64,000 bases of DNA, taken from Owenia fusiformis (taxonomy: Eukaryota). Numbering within the stretch: position 1 is the first letter of the stretch; every line of letters begins with the position of its first letter. The notes below the pieces were generated by a model. The model was not told the origin of the DNA, ran no database searches, and was given only the letters and a program-made list of their open reading frames with translations. Positions 36,501 through 48,416 of the stretch are shown here, piece by piece. The position numbers were made by a program, and so were the translations under genes. Location of the stretch: contig CAIIXF020000001.1 in NCBI GenBank assembly GCA_903813345.2, positions 14,136,001 to 14,200,000 on the forward strand, read 5' to 3'.

Positions 36501-39500
36501 TTTAGGATAAAACACTCATCCTTGAATATAAAAGAGCAAATTGAAACATGCATATTGTTTTCATGAAGCCAATATGGCAGATGAAGGTTGAAAAAAGGGA
36601 TTTGCGACACTTCATATGATGAAACTGAAAATTTCTAGAAAGTAACCTATTAAGGGTCACTTGCAAGCAGTACAAATATGACAGAGATCGGTTAAATATT
36701 ATATTATACTGGATGAGCATAATGTAAAAGTGGTTTTGAAAAGTAGCAAATTTCTCTTTATGTAGGTTTTTTGTGGTTTATTATTCTACATTGATTCTGA
36801 AACTATTGGTGTCTAGTTTTTCAGCGTTTTGGAAATATGCAGATTTATACCCCCCTGGTGTTATTTTAAGAGGGGTCCTAGGAAAGCCATGTATAATTCC
36901 TAGAGTATCCAACCAATCATCTTAAAATTTACAGGTAACCATCTTCTTATCATGTCCTATCATTGTGAGCAGTTTCATCAATATTGGTTAACTGGTTGCT
37001 ATGGTAACAGAAATCACTTGTTAAAAAAGTACACATTTTCGTAAAAATTTAAGACCTACCCTGAGACAAAGCACATAATATTTTCCTGGAATTGGGAGGA
37101 ATTAGCATGAAAACATATTAGAAAACTTATTTAGAGTATGGTTGATAATACTAAATCAATTGATGTTTTATTTTAGCCATACAATTAATTATATTTGCTG
37201 ATGATAATATGGCTATGCAAAAATGTGTAAAAGGGGGCGTGGCACTTTTCCCAAGAAAACTTTATTTGTACCCAAGTTTGTGAATAAATATATGACTATT
37301 CATTCTGATATTAACAGATATTAGTATAGTTATGATGTTTAACCATCATGGGAAGTTTTGCTATTGTTGGTCTGCTGGTTGTTATGGTAACAGAAATCAT
37401 TTGTTAAAAAAGATTGCATTTTCTTAAAAATCTAAGACATACCTTGACACAAAACACAATATTTTTATGACAGTCAGGATGAGAACATTTTAGAAAATTT
37501 ATTTAGAGTATGTTTCATAAAATTAAATCAATTGATGCTTTATCTTAGCCATACAAAGAATTCTACTTGCTGATGGTAAACTGGCTTTGCAAAAAAATTA
37601 GAAAGGGGCCATGGCACAATTTCCTAAGAATTCTTTATTTGTGTTCAAAGTGAAAAAATAATGTCAGTTTTCCTTGATATCTACATTATTATCCCAACGA
37701 ACGAAGTTCGGTAGGGATATAGTTAAGCCCTCCGTCCGTCCGTCCGTCCGTCAGTCTGTCAGTCAGTCAGTCAATTTTTCAAGATGGCCGCCGCTTTAAA
37801 AATGACGGGACTTTTTCGCAAAAATCATAAATTTTTCATTCTAAACCAAAGTAATTAATATTATTGTTTGAAATTTATATTATTATATATAATTTATATA
37901 TTTATATTCGCAACATCTATCTATTTCACATATATTCTGTGTTTTTCAGGAAAACAGAAATTTTCGCTAATTTTTAGATCTTTCTGAAGTATAGCTTTAT
38001 TATACTCAAATGAAAGGCAATTAAGAGTAGATTGCAACAAAGGTCATCTTTATAGCGAACAGAAAGTTTGTTCTTCAGGAAGAGCTGTTTATATTTGGGG
38101 TTATAGTCACTCAGATTGTTTTCCTTCATATGTGCCTGATACAGCTCATGGACATGTTCAAGTGTTTCAACTCCATCGGTTTGAAGGACATGTTCATCTA
38201 TATGCTTACATATGACGTCAAATGATGTTATTAAAACCTTTTCCTCTTCATTTATCGTTCGTTCTTTCTTGCACAAGTAATTTCTTCTACAGGTATTATG
38301 GTACCAAGCTTCTGCTGATATCAAACAGCGTCCTCCTATTTTTGCATGTAAAGTCCAGTCTTCTTGGGCTTTCACTGCATTTATTATTGATGTTGAAGCG
38401 TTGTCTGTTTGGCATTTTGTTAGTGATTCTTTTGTGTTTCCTTTGAGATATTTCAGATCTTTTTCACAAAAGAGGCACTTGTTTTGTTCAAAAAGGTTGC
38501 TTTGGCGTAATTTCTTACTATGACATTCTTCACCAATTGCTAGAGCAGAGGATCTTTTCCTCAAACTTCTCTCGGACATGATATATACGTAACAACACTA
38601 ATACATTGATTTACAGGGTTCTACTCAGTTGCATGATATATGGAAAAAAGTATATATATTGGAAGGGCAACACTCCACGATGCAATAATGGAAACTAAAC
38701 GATGGTGTATTAAATCACCTACCTTAACTGAAACGTAAAAGTAAAAAATAAGGAATAACTGTGTATATAGCACAACTGCAACCGCAGCACACTATCTGGA
38801 ACCACTGTCCAAAATCACTCACAACCACACCGCACTGTCTGGAACCACTGTCCAAAATCACTCAATCTATTAACACAGAGTCACTAAACTTTATCTGTAT
38901 GCGGCACACATAAACAATGTGTATTAGATCACCTACCTTGACTTCACCCTAAAATTATAAAATAAAGAAAATAAAGAATGCCTCTGCATCTACACAGTTA
39001 CGCAACCGCACCGCACTGTCTGGAACCACTGTCCAAAATCACTCACCTGACTTAAATCACTCACCTGTCAAAATCACTCACTGTATTTACCCACAATCAC
39101 TCACCTCTATCTAGATGTAGCACAGCTTAACCGCACAACGTATATCTATTTCATCAGGTCTGCACAGCTAATCAAGAAGGCATGGACTGTGGTAATTGAA
39201 GCATAACATTGACAACAAAAGCTCATATCAACAACTGATTTATCATTGCATATACAACTTATTCCTAGGAATGCAGATTTAATTTGCCATCACATTAATG
39301 AAGTCTAAATTCTAATTGCAACATTTAAATAATGCTCTAAATTTGGTATTATTGTTATATCAAATAGGAATTATTAACTATTTTTATGAATAACATTATT
39401 TTCTATCTGGATATTAAGCATGACGGGAATCACTCAAACATGTATATTTCATAAAGATATCAGGTTGATTTAAAAAGAAACAAATATATAGGTAAGCATG

Positions 39501-42500
39501 TGAGTGAGTGATAAATTAGTATCATCCAGAAGGAGATTAATGAATTTATTTAATATAAACAATAATTTATTTGATTTTGTTAAAATGTGTTTTCCTCAAA
39601 ACTTCATTCCAAGATGCAAATTAAGCACACATAAATAAAATCACATTGATGACCTCACAAAGCCATGAATGTATATTTGAAGACAAAGTTTATATCCTTA
39701 ATTAGATAATATACCCCATACCCCCTTTAATGGTCAACTGTTTTAACAAATGATTTCTGTTACCATAACAACCAGCAGACCAACAATAGCAAAACTTCCC
39801 ATGATGGTTAAACATCATAACTTTACTAATATCTGTTAATATCAGAATGAATAGTCATATATTTATTCACAAACTTGGGTACAAATAAAGTTTTCTTGGA
39901 AAAAGTGCCACGCCCCCTTTTACACATTTTTTGCATAGCCATATTATCATCGGCAAATATAATTAATTGTATGGCTAAAATAAAACATCAATTGATTTAG
40001 TATTATCAACCATACTCTAAATAAGTTTTCTAATATGTTTTCATGCCAATTCCTCCCAATTCCAGGAAAATATTATGTGCTTTGTCTCAGGGTAGGTCTT
40101 AAATTTTTACGAAAATGTGTACTTTTTTAACAAGTGATTTCTGTTACCATAGCAACCAGCTAAGCAATATTGATGAAACTGCTCACAATGATAGGACATG
40201 ATAAGAAGATGATTACCTGTAAATTTCAAGATGATTGGTTGGATACTCTAGTAATTATACATGGCTTTCCTAGGACCCCCCTTAAAATAACACCAGGGGG
40301 GTATAAATCTGCATATTTCCAAAACGCTGAAAAACTAGACACCAATAGTTTCAGAATCAATGTAGAATAATAAACCACAAAAAACCTACATAAAGAGAAA
40401 TTTGCTACTTTTCAAAACCACTTTTACATTATGCTCATCCAGTATTATGTGAGTATTGAGATTTGACAAATTCAAAGATGCATGTCAAAAATTTAATATC
40501 AGAGCTCAGCTACACAATTCTTCATGCCATTTGTGCCAGCTATCGGAGTTTTCCTTGATCATGGAATAAAAACATTATTAACGTGAAATACAGACTTTTC
40601 TGTATTTCCCTCGAATCTTTGAATAACTTATAGTATTTATCGGTCTTCACAGAGAAATACTTTAAAGCCTGTTTGCGCAATAGTAAAAATGGAGATCATG
40701 TGATGACCACTCCCCATAAAAATATTAGGAGCAAAAAGACTGACATTTGAACTTTATCACACTAAGCGATTCCTTCTTAGCTCAGGAATGTACATGTATC
40801 TCCAATGTAACATAAAACAGCGAGTTAAATATCAAATCAAAATATACAACCAGTATGCAGTCTAGTTATAAACTACCCTCTGCCTAGTATAGACTATATT
40901 ACATTTTAGCAGCCCCACCCCAAAGAATGGTGCCTGTGACAGCCCGGATAATAAATCATTTCTAATCTACCACGCTGACACCTTTCTCAACCAGCCAGCG
41001 AAGTGGAAAGAACACGTGCTAAATACATGCTATGAGGTGATGTCAGAGGAAATGACCACATAGAAAGTCATCTGTATTTCGACGACAAACTCTGATTGGC
41101 TCGGTGAGATCAGAGATTTATTGTTAACTGAAAGAGTGAAGAAAAAGCTCTTTTTTGAGAAGTGAAGTCAAACAAATGCAAAGGGTAAAATATATAGAAA
41201 AAATATATACAAAATCCCTGTATAACTTAAAAAAAAATTAAGATCATACCATTTTGACATTTTAAAAGTTTTAAAACAAAAATTTGATTCATGAAAAATT
41301 CTCCTGGTTATAGAATGGTTATCTATGTAAATAGGCCATACATTCAAAGCTGACATTCAGCTTTCAAATATAAATTGGATTTTTTTTATGTCATTTACTG
41401 TTCATAAATCTGAAGATTTTGAAGCTCTCAGAAATGACATCAATTTTTGCTGCAGTTCATTTTAAATATAATGATGTACGACATCACAAAAGAAAGTATT
41501 TACCTTCTGAAGTACTTATGAATGACTGATCAATATCATTCCTGGATTTTTCTGCAAGATCGTCTGTTACCAAAGATATGACATTTTCACCTTCATCATA
41601 GACTGTTACTTCATAAACAGTTTCTTCACTCTGTTTGACATGTGTGTCTTTTTCAGGTTTTGTTTTTGTGCTCAAATCGACTTCTGGCAACAGTTCTGTT
41701 TTCCAAACTTTGTCAGAAATCTTCTTGACTGTACCTTTTCTTCGTTTGTTTACTTGGGAATCACTTTCAGTTACCACTTGAGAAGAGTTTGGTAAAATAT
41801 TGGTGCTTCTTACAGATTCTTGTAGATGTGCTTCTGCTGTTCTGTTCATGTGTGAAATTGTCTTTATATTTACAGCATCAGTATCTACAGCCTTAAGGAT
41901 ATCTTGGATCGATACACCAACAACATTCAAATTTTGAGTATCTGCACTCACATTATCTTCATTTTTATTCTGAAGTGTAACAACACATTCAGGAGAATAG
42001 ACTTTTTCATGAACACCATCTGTATGAATAACTTTTTTCTCCATACCATCCATGGTGACAGATTCGACAGTCAAAACTTCCTTATTTGTTAAAAGTGAAA
42101 TGTTCTTACGTGTTTTAACTTGTACTTGAAGTTGATCAGATTCAATTGGATGTGAGTCAAATACTGTATGGACAACTGGTTCAAGAGCCTGTTCAGTTGA
42201 GTAAGCAGGGATCTCAATTGACAAATCCTGCTGTTGACTTACAGTGTTCGAAACTCTATCATGTTGGTCACTTTGAGTTACACGATCTACATTTTTCATT
42301 CCTTTCTGTTGTTTTTTATTTGTGCGGAGGATTACTGGTCTAGAATCTGGCAATTCTGTGAGTTTTCTTGGAGTAGAACTCACTCTTCTTTTCTTTGGTT
42401 TTGATTCAACAATATCCTCTAGTCTCCTAGGTGGACGTCTTATTCTTTGTGATCGAGGAGATGATGCTGCATTCATAGAAACCGTTTCTTCTATAATTTT

Positions 42501-42728
42501 GTTTACTTTCGAGCAACATAGTTTGCAAGCCTCTTCGGGTAAACTGTAGCGTCTACCAAATCGTGATGAAAACATGGAATTGATTGTGGGAATAATAGAC
42601 TCAATATTGCTCGCAATTGGTGAATCCTTTGGAATCAGTGTGCAAGATTTGCCAGATTTGGCGGACCATGATTTACTGCACAATCGACAAGTGAAGCGAC
42701 TTGATGTTGCAGAAGGTGAAGCTGACAT
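24506..42728 (-). CDS. Zinc-finger transcription factor: N-terminal ZAD(zf-AD)-like C4 domain, acidic linker, 8 C2H2 fingers, acidic tail; 10 exons
   Basis: Phase-consistent exons (-): 42728-41504, 35595-35230, 32551-32361, 32110-31514, 31122-30912, 30303-30154, 26460-26314, 26008-25865, 25538-25399, 24841-24506. N-terminus CRLC...LPEEACKLC. Fingers include CPICDVQFVFRPELINHVLSDH, CGNCAKYFKSQNSLHNHIRIIH and CSLCDKLFLHKGDVSKHEKTH. Confidence 0.82.
25045..25300 (+). repeat. Dispersed repeat; longer copy at ~56593-57015
   Basis: Shared ACCCAAATGC..GTAGGTAGTTACCAGTTT, ATTCGGGTCAATTAACATGGCAG, AAACCACATTTCTAGA..TAATTTTACATGTAGATTTCAAATATGATAT and GATTATTTCTACT.GCATCT. Confidence 0.75.
27373..28852. 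mobile_element. Non-autonomous Mutator-like element (MULE) with 9-bp TSD
   Basis: Exact TSD CTATAAAGC at 27364-27372 and 28853-28861. TIR GGGTTTACGAAA.A.ACCGAC / GTCGGT.T.TTTCGTAAACCC. ACCGACC subterminal repeats. Confidence 0.85.
27668..28246. mobile_element. MITE (TA-flanked, CCC...GGG ends) nested in the MULE
   Basis: TA|CCCTACTATCACACCAAACTAGTTCT ... AGAACTAGTTTGGTGTGATAGGGGGG|TA. Confidence 0.8.
30449..30563. repeat. Palindromic mini-element
   Basis: TTTGGATATG.GGTTTATCC...ATCTACCT pairs with AGGTAGAT...GGATAAACC.CATATCCAAA. Confidence 0.6.
33781..34755 (+). CDS. Intronless class A (rhodopsin-like) orphan GPCR nested antisense in ZNF intron 2
   Basis: 324-aa ORF from the ATG at 33781 with seven hydrophobic segments. 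TM1 TNILV, LHTPTN..NIALVDL (TM2), Cys in TM3, SVDRYIAIIYPFKY, TM4 Trp, TM7 LNPIIF and helix 8 LKKAI. Confidence 0.9.
   Translation: MEFDSSTALMNISRYTWQNTDYPVGLFLMLQSISASLVICIVCTNILVIITIAQHKKLHTPTNIVAVNIALVDLLQGLIATPMRLLMNYEYDIAKDIVYGAVMSKYFCIMRLGFSTIPCGLTLLLFIVMSVDRYIAIIYPFKYDKIKIHLGKACSLCWLCSGVMFVKPIIDLRIWDPSMICSNYSDWLPNHDVMMYIWIIVSVSISTGLHIQIQWIVHRHHNNIFNQIQAIDHNSAVVYKKGFRVLKSSILLFGFFIGMWGSFLLFRVLGTLLFGGDTVGLKIWHKVINKITLLTSFLNPIIFSLRQRNLKKAIRANCRIKCKD
37688..37775 (+). mobile_element. Helentron/HINE-like terminus with (CCGT)n(CAGT)n microsatellite
   Basis: Hairpin ATCCCAACGAAC-GAA-GTTCGGTAGGGAT followed by TCCGTCCGTCCGTC..AGTCAGTCAGTC, a layout typical of non-autonomous Helentron/DINE-like repeats. 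Confidence 0.55.
37974..38579 (-). pseudogene. Truncated N-terminal part of a large DNA transposase (Academ-like)
   Basis: CLFC...LTKCQT...LISAEAWYHNTCRRNY matches the CxxC...L.A.EA.YH..C...Y pattern I recall from large invertebrate transposases ending in a CXC finger. It lies between the long TIRs and runs into unrelated sequence near 38040. Confidence 0.6.
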
Positions 42729-42729
42729 C

Positions 42730-43640
42730 TTATCTAATAATTTGTGACTTCACAGTTACAAAAAGATGTATACGGTATGGTATAACAGGAGTGTATGTAT
42801 TTTTCAAGTGCTGTACTGTACAACACTGTCCTAATGTTCCGGTATTAATCAGTGATTGAATGATGATCGATGAGCAGAAATAATCTTCTGCTCAATCACG
42901 ACGACCCTCTGCTCAATGGCGTCAGAAATTCTATCAGTCCAAAATACACTTATCCTTCTTGAATATACTTCATACTGGGCCAACGTGTATGTTTATGAGT
43001 TTTCTTGCATATGCCATCAGATTCAAATAGTTATGTTGAGTGGTTTCGATATATTTGACGCATTTCCGAGGACATTTCCTCCTATGAAAAGTAGGTCAAC
43101 ATAATTAGTAATACGCATGCGCAGCCATGGCAGAGTGTACAACTTATTCTAGAACGAAATATTACCGTCGAAATGGCATACTGCATTATTCATTGAAACA
43201 TGGTTCAATTGAGTAGTTCAACGATACTCAATTATTGAATCAATATTTTTCATTATATATATTGATGTCGTTGAATGCATTTATTCATAAATGGTAAGTT
43301 TGACAGGGTTTTCTAAATGTTGCGCAAATTTTTCCATTTAGTTTCGCGTCAATGGTCCTGTTACAAGTGCTTGGAATTATTTCGATTGTGATTTGAAGGT
43401 AATTTTTACATTCATTTCACCATATGAATCTCATTGCATAACGTGGTCATGTAATATGATGAGCTGAAGTTCAGCGCGTACATAGCTTCATAGTAAGAGC
43501 ACGACAATGGAGATTTTGAGTCAATTTATAGTTTCAAAGTTGAAATCCAGCCGCTTTGTTTTCATTGGTCAACGTTCAGCTTATTTGATTGGTTTTCCAT
43601 ACTTTTACTAGATCTATGAGAAAATGATTGGTGGCTCTGA
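42730..43640. promoter_or_regulatory. Probable bidirectional promoter between the ZNF gene (-) and NF-YC (+)
   Basis: Head-to-head start codons are 1.5 kb apart. NRF1-like TACGCATGCGCA at 43112-43123. Candidate NF-YC 5'UTR donor AATG|GTAAGT at ~43294. Three ATTGG (reverse CCAAT) at 43564, 43588 and 43627. Confidence 0.5.
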
Positions 43641-43769
43641 AATATTCCTGAAAAGCTGAATTAGTACTTTGTCCTCGGTATCAAATGAGCTATAGCTCTC
43701 TACTCAAGTCTAAATATGATCATTGTTTACCTCTGGAAAGATGTTACAAATCATTGTAAGATGTGATAA

Positions 43770-43960
43770 TTTTGGAACAGGCCCTACAGAGAAGAGCAGC
43801 CAGGTTTGTAACCCAATGTCACTCTAGGGAACCAGGCTGTGTCACCAAAGCTCTTCAAGATCTACAGTGGGAGTCACTGAAGGAGCGTCGAGAGGCTGCT
43901 AGAGTTTTCCTTTTTTATAAAGGAAAGCAGAACCTGCCATCGACGTGCCTCCATACTTCC
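43770..43960 (+). mobile_element. CR1/L2-clade LINE 3' fragment
   Basis: LQRRAARFV...VTKALQDLQWESLKERR..AR..LFYK is the typical post-RT C-terminal segment of CR1/L2 ORF2. Confidence 0.8.
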
Positions 43961-44237
43961 ACCAACAGATCAATACCAACACTACATATAAATATTATTC
44001 AGATGCTGTCCGACAGTCAAAAAATCCATTTATTTTCTCATTTGGCCCATGACTTATCTACACCTCCTACTTTTCGTCAGAGAGTTGGGTAGAATTATGT
44101 CCAATTACGTACATTTTCATCTTCTTAATCCTCTAAATTTAGGTATGTGACCAAGTGATATCAGAGACATCTAAAACAGAGCTCTTTTTTATATGCCTAA
44201 GACTGTTCATATTTATATTTTAGTTTGATACCAGACT

Positions 44238-47200
44238 ATGGCAGCAGAGGGTAACACCTTTGGTCAGGTGGTGACAGTTGCACATCCTGACCCCCCTACT
44301 GAGGCAGAGAGCGCAAGTCCCAGTGAGGCACAGGGACTGCTCGCTAACTTTTGGACAAAACAAAACAATGATATGAGAACATTAGGAGTGGTAAGTACAT
44401 GTTATTCCATGATAATTTTAAAAGAATGTTGAATGAGTTTGCTGTGAAATATATACATGATGTGGAAAATATGAGGTATACCAGCACAGTACATTGATTC
44501 TTGGACAGGTTAATTAGACAAACTAGATACAAAAATAATAAGCTCTCAAGTAGAATTACTCGAACTTAAACACTTTGTGGTCACTTAAACAGGATTAATT
44601 TAGTTAGATATTGTAAAATAAACATTTATATATGTAACGATAGGTTATGTTTCTTACAGACTGACTATAAGACACAAGAACTACCATTGGCCAGGATAAA
44701 GAAGATCATGAAGCTTGATGAAGATGTCAAAGTAAGAATTTCTGTTTTGAAATCTGAAGAGCTTGCATTTCATGACAAGATGATAGACAATGGTACCTGT
44801 TATATGCAACATGGATAAATGGCTTCTTTATGAAGCATCTTTTAATCAGCTTTGTAACTAAAACCAATGATACCAGCTAGTTAGAATATCACTGAATTTC
44901 AAGACATCAACATTGGACACTGACCAAGGATATTCTACATCAGTCTTAGTAGGGAGACCAGTTTTTGATCACTCATTGATTAAGCATGAAATATAATAGT
45001 AATTAGAATATTTATTGGGAAAACAATGCTGTTTTACAATGGACAAACACAACACAGCATGTATTAGATACAGAGTTGTGGGTCTGATACATGTTGTCAT
45101 AATTTATTAAAGCAAAATATCACTGTATTACTACATGTGCAATAACTTCATTTCAGATGATTAGCTCTGAAGCACCTGTGATTTTTGCTAAGGCTGCAGA
45201 GATGTTTATCAGTGAGCTGTCACTTAGGGCCTGGGTTCACACTGAGGACAACAAACGAAGGACATTACAGGTAACATTTTCTCATACACTCCTTCTATTG
45301 TCCATCCACTAGTAATAATCCAGAGCATATTACCCCTCTTACTGTAGGGTATGCATGTATTTTTGGTTCTGAAACTGTACTGAAAATTAACTTGATTGAC
45401 TAATATGTTATATGTATATTCAACATTACGCATTTCAGTTTATTTGATGAATATTCCACACTGTGTCAAATGCAAATGGAATGTCAAACGTCATCATGAT
45501 AAAACCAAAAATGTTATTTATAACATATACTTGAACATGGCACTGTGTATTTGTAGAGAAATGACATTGCTATGGCAATCACTAAGTATGACCAGTTTGA
45601 CTTCCTGATCGACATTGTACCTAGAGATGAGATTAAACAAACGAAACGTCCAGTAAGTTATACTTTTTAAACTGCTTTCATTGAAATAATTTCCAGTCAG
45701 TGGAGGATGCTTTTATTTCATGACATCATATTCATCATATTCTATAAAGGAAAATAAGAAAGAAAAAATTTCACATGCTACTACTGTAGACTGTACATCT
45801 ATGAGAATAATCTGACAACATCTAAGAAGCCAACTTTAGAGCAGATACAAAGTCACAAGTCTTATTTTATTATACATCTACATCTCCCTATATATTTCAA
45901 TAGGAGGACACACAATCAGCTAAAACATCAATGATGCCTGACCAAGTCCAGTACTATTTCCAACTAGCTCAACAACATCAGCAAGCATTACAGCAGCAGA
46001 ATCAGCAACAGCAACAACAACAGCAACAGCAGCAAACTCAAGTGACAGCAGCAACAACAACAACACCTACTGTCAACCAGGTGCAGCTACAAGGGAGTGA
46101 GCAGCAACAGATTCAGGTGATTCAGGTAAGAAACTGATTGAGTTAAACTTGAAATTCAAATTGTTGTCGTTTGTAACAAATTTTGTAAGTACATACACAT
46201 ATTCATTTTGATCTGTTTCCTCAGTCACTGCATTTTCTCAAGAAAGGGGAAGATATCATCCTTGTGATATTTCCCATATCAACTCCCTCCTCTTGAATAA
46301 CTAGTTATTAATATCTTGTATTACTAGTTATATGAAGTTATAAATAAAATCTCACTGTAACTTCTTGGCTACATCGTGTTCATTCTCTATTTTTATATTT
46401 CATCATTGTAGGGTACAGGTACAGGAGAACAGCCCCAGATCCAGATCATCCAGGGTGGCCAGCAGGCTGGTGCAGCCCAGGTGCAACAGGTCCCTCAGGT
46501 TATACAGCAGATTGTTACACCCTCTGGAGAGGTACAGAGTGTACCTGTAAGTAGACCATTCAAATTTAAGTTGATTTATTCCTCATCATTCAACTAGCTT
46601 TGGGTATATTGAATTTACATACCTTGTACAAACACCTTATCTATTTTTAACAATGTACAGAGACATGCAATGAAACAAAAAGAAGACAAAGAGATAACAT
46701 ATTTGATTTACTATCTTGCAACGCTCTCTATAACATAGATTATTATCATATAATTTCTGTTATGTTTACTAACCTACCTACACAAATCCAATATAAGAAA
46801 AACAAGTTTGTTTTAGTAACAGTCTTCCCCTGTAGAGAGATGCATTCATATGGTCTGATATTAGACCCCCCCCTATAATTTGTACCATCACATGAATCTA
46901 CTTATTGAGACTCAGCTATCAACTTATTGAAATTTTTGTTTGGTCCTAAATGACAATTTTTAGTAGAATGAAATCCTGCAATAAATGTACAGGGTGATCC
47001 AGAAGTAACGTCAAAGATGTTGCCATTTCAATACTAACTGGATCAATAATCTGATAATCAGGGGATTTAGCTGCTGCATCTTCTTAAAATTTTTACTCTT
47101 CATATTCACCTTCTTTCAAATCAAAATGATACAAAATTAACAAAAAATGTATAATTTCATTCTAGAAAAATAGTGAAAATTGCTTAAATACTAATATCAC

Positions 47201-48416
47201 ATTGTATCAGATTGTATCTGGTATGTGTTGTTATGATATACATGTTCAGTGTTTCATGACAGCCTGATAAGGCCAGTGGGCACTTATAATGGCACTTTAT
47301 AAATAAATAATCAAAAACTATTTTATAGATCCAACTTACCCCGGCACAGTTGCAAGCCATCCAACTGCAGATGAGTGGAAAACAATCGGGACAATCTGTA
47401 GTAATACAGGCATCAAATCCTGCCCCAGAATCTGAGCAGCAGGGTGGTCAACAACAACAGGTAATGGTCATACCTCCTAATATGTCTGTTAACAGTAAGG
47501 TATAGGGGAAGTGGGCGATTTATGGAAGAAGCACTTTCATACTAGCTAAATTGTACCTTACCTGAAAATAATGTTAAATATAGTAGTTACACTTTCAAGT
47601 TAGAGGGGGTGTATTAGTAACTTGTGGTCTTCTAGCATGAAAGCAAGTTTGCACTTTTCCAACCTGGGATTTTAAGATTATGCTTACACCTACCTGAAAA
47701 TCCATTTGCACCTTCCATCAAAACCATTTGACCTACCCACAAAACTATTTGCATCCACCCATGAACCCATTTCAGGCTCGTAGCCAGGGGGGGTTCGCAG
47801 GGTTCGGGCGAACCCCCCCCCCCTGGCCAAAAATTCTTTCAAAATCATGCGGTTTTTCACCATTTTGAGCACTTCTCAAGTGATTTTAGCCATATTTGAG
47901 CCAAAATTGTCAAATGAGAACCCCTCCTGGAAATTTTTGAAAACTGAACCCCCCTTGGCAAATCCTGGCTACGGGCCTGCATTTGCACCTACCCAAAAAC
48001 ACATTTGGACTTACCAAAAAACACATTTGCATCTACCTGAAAACCGATTTACAACCATTTCAAAATGGGGAGGATCATGAAAAATAATATTTTCACAAAG
48101 TTTTGAAAATTAGAATTTATGTCGAAAAAATGCTTGGACCTGAACAGTGAACAAGCACACTCACACTTATAACTTATAGCCAATTTTTCTGAATTGTGAA
48201 GTAAGGGGAGGGTCAACATGTAATAATTATCCTTCCAAAATTGAAATTGAATTGGTATTTTGTGGAGCTAACATTGTCAATGACACTATTAATGACATTA
48301 TGGAATGGTTTCAGATTTTCCAGATGGGCAGTCAGGGCCAACAGATTGTGTTCCAACAGGGTACCCAGGAGAACCAATCAAATAGCCAGACATCAGAGGG
48401 TCAAAACACCTCATGA
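44238..48416 (+). CDS. NFYC: Nuclear transcription factor Y subunit gamma, 8 coding exons
   Basis: All phase-0 exons: 44238-44390, 44660-44731, 45157-45270, 45557-45652, 45904-46125, 46412-46546, 47329-47460, 48315-48416. Histone fold [79 protein letters not shown], followed by a Q-rich tail. Confidence 0.97.
47773..47979. mobile_element. hAT-like MITE with 5-bp TSD, inserted in a ~21-bp minisatellite (47690-48060)
   Basis: CATTT|CAGGCTCGTAGCCAGG ... CCTGGCTACGGGCCTG|CATTT. Confidence 0.75.

Larger units (their letters stand above)
36707..40444 (-). mobile_element. Second Academ-like non-autonomous element (~704-bp TIRs, 3-bp TSD TTA) retaining a 5' transposase fragment
   Basis: TTA|TACTGGATGAGCATAATG ... 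CATTATGCTCATCCAGTA|TTA. Arms 36707-37409 and 39741-40444 are near-perfect. A ~400-bp-period internal duplication extends the left arm to ~37640. Direct repeats CTGGAACCACTGTCCAAAATCACTCA occur three times (~38797, ~38839, ~39020). Confidence 0.8.
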
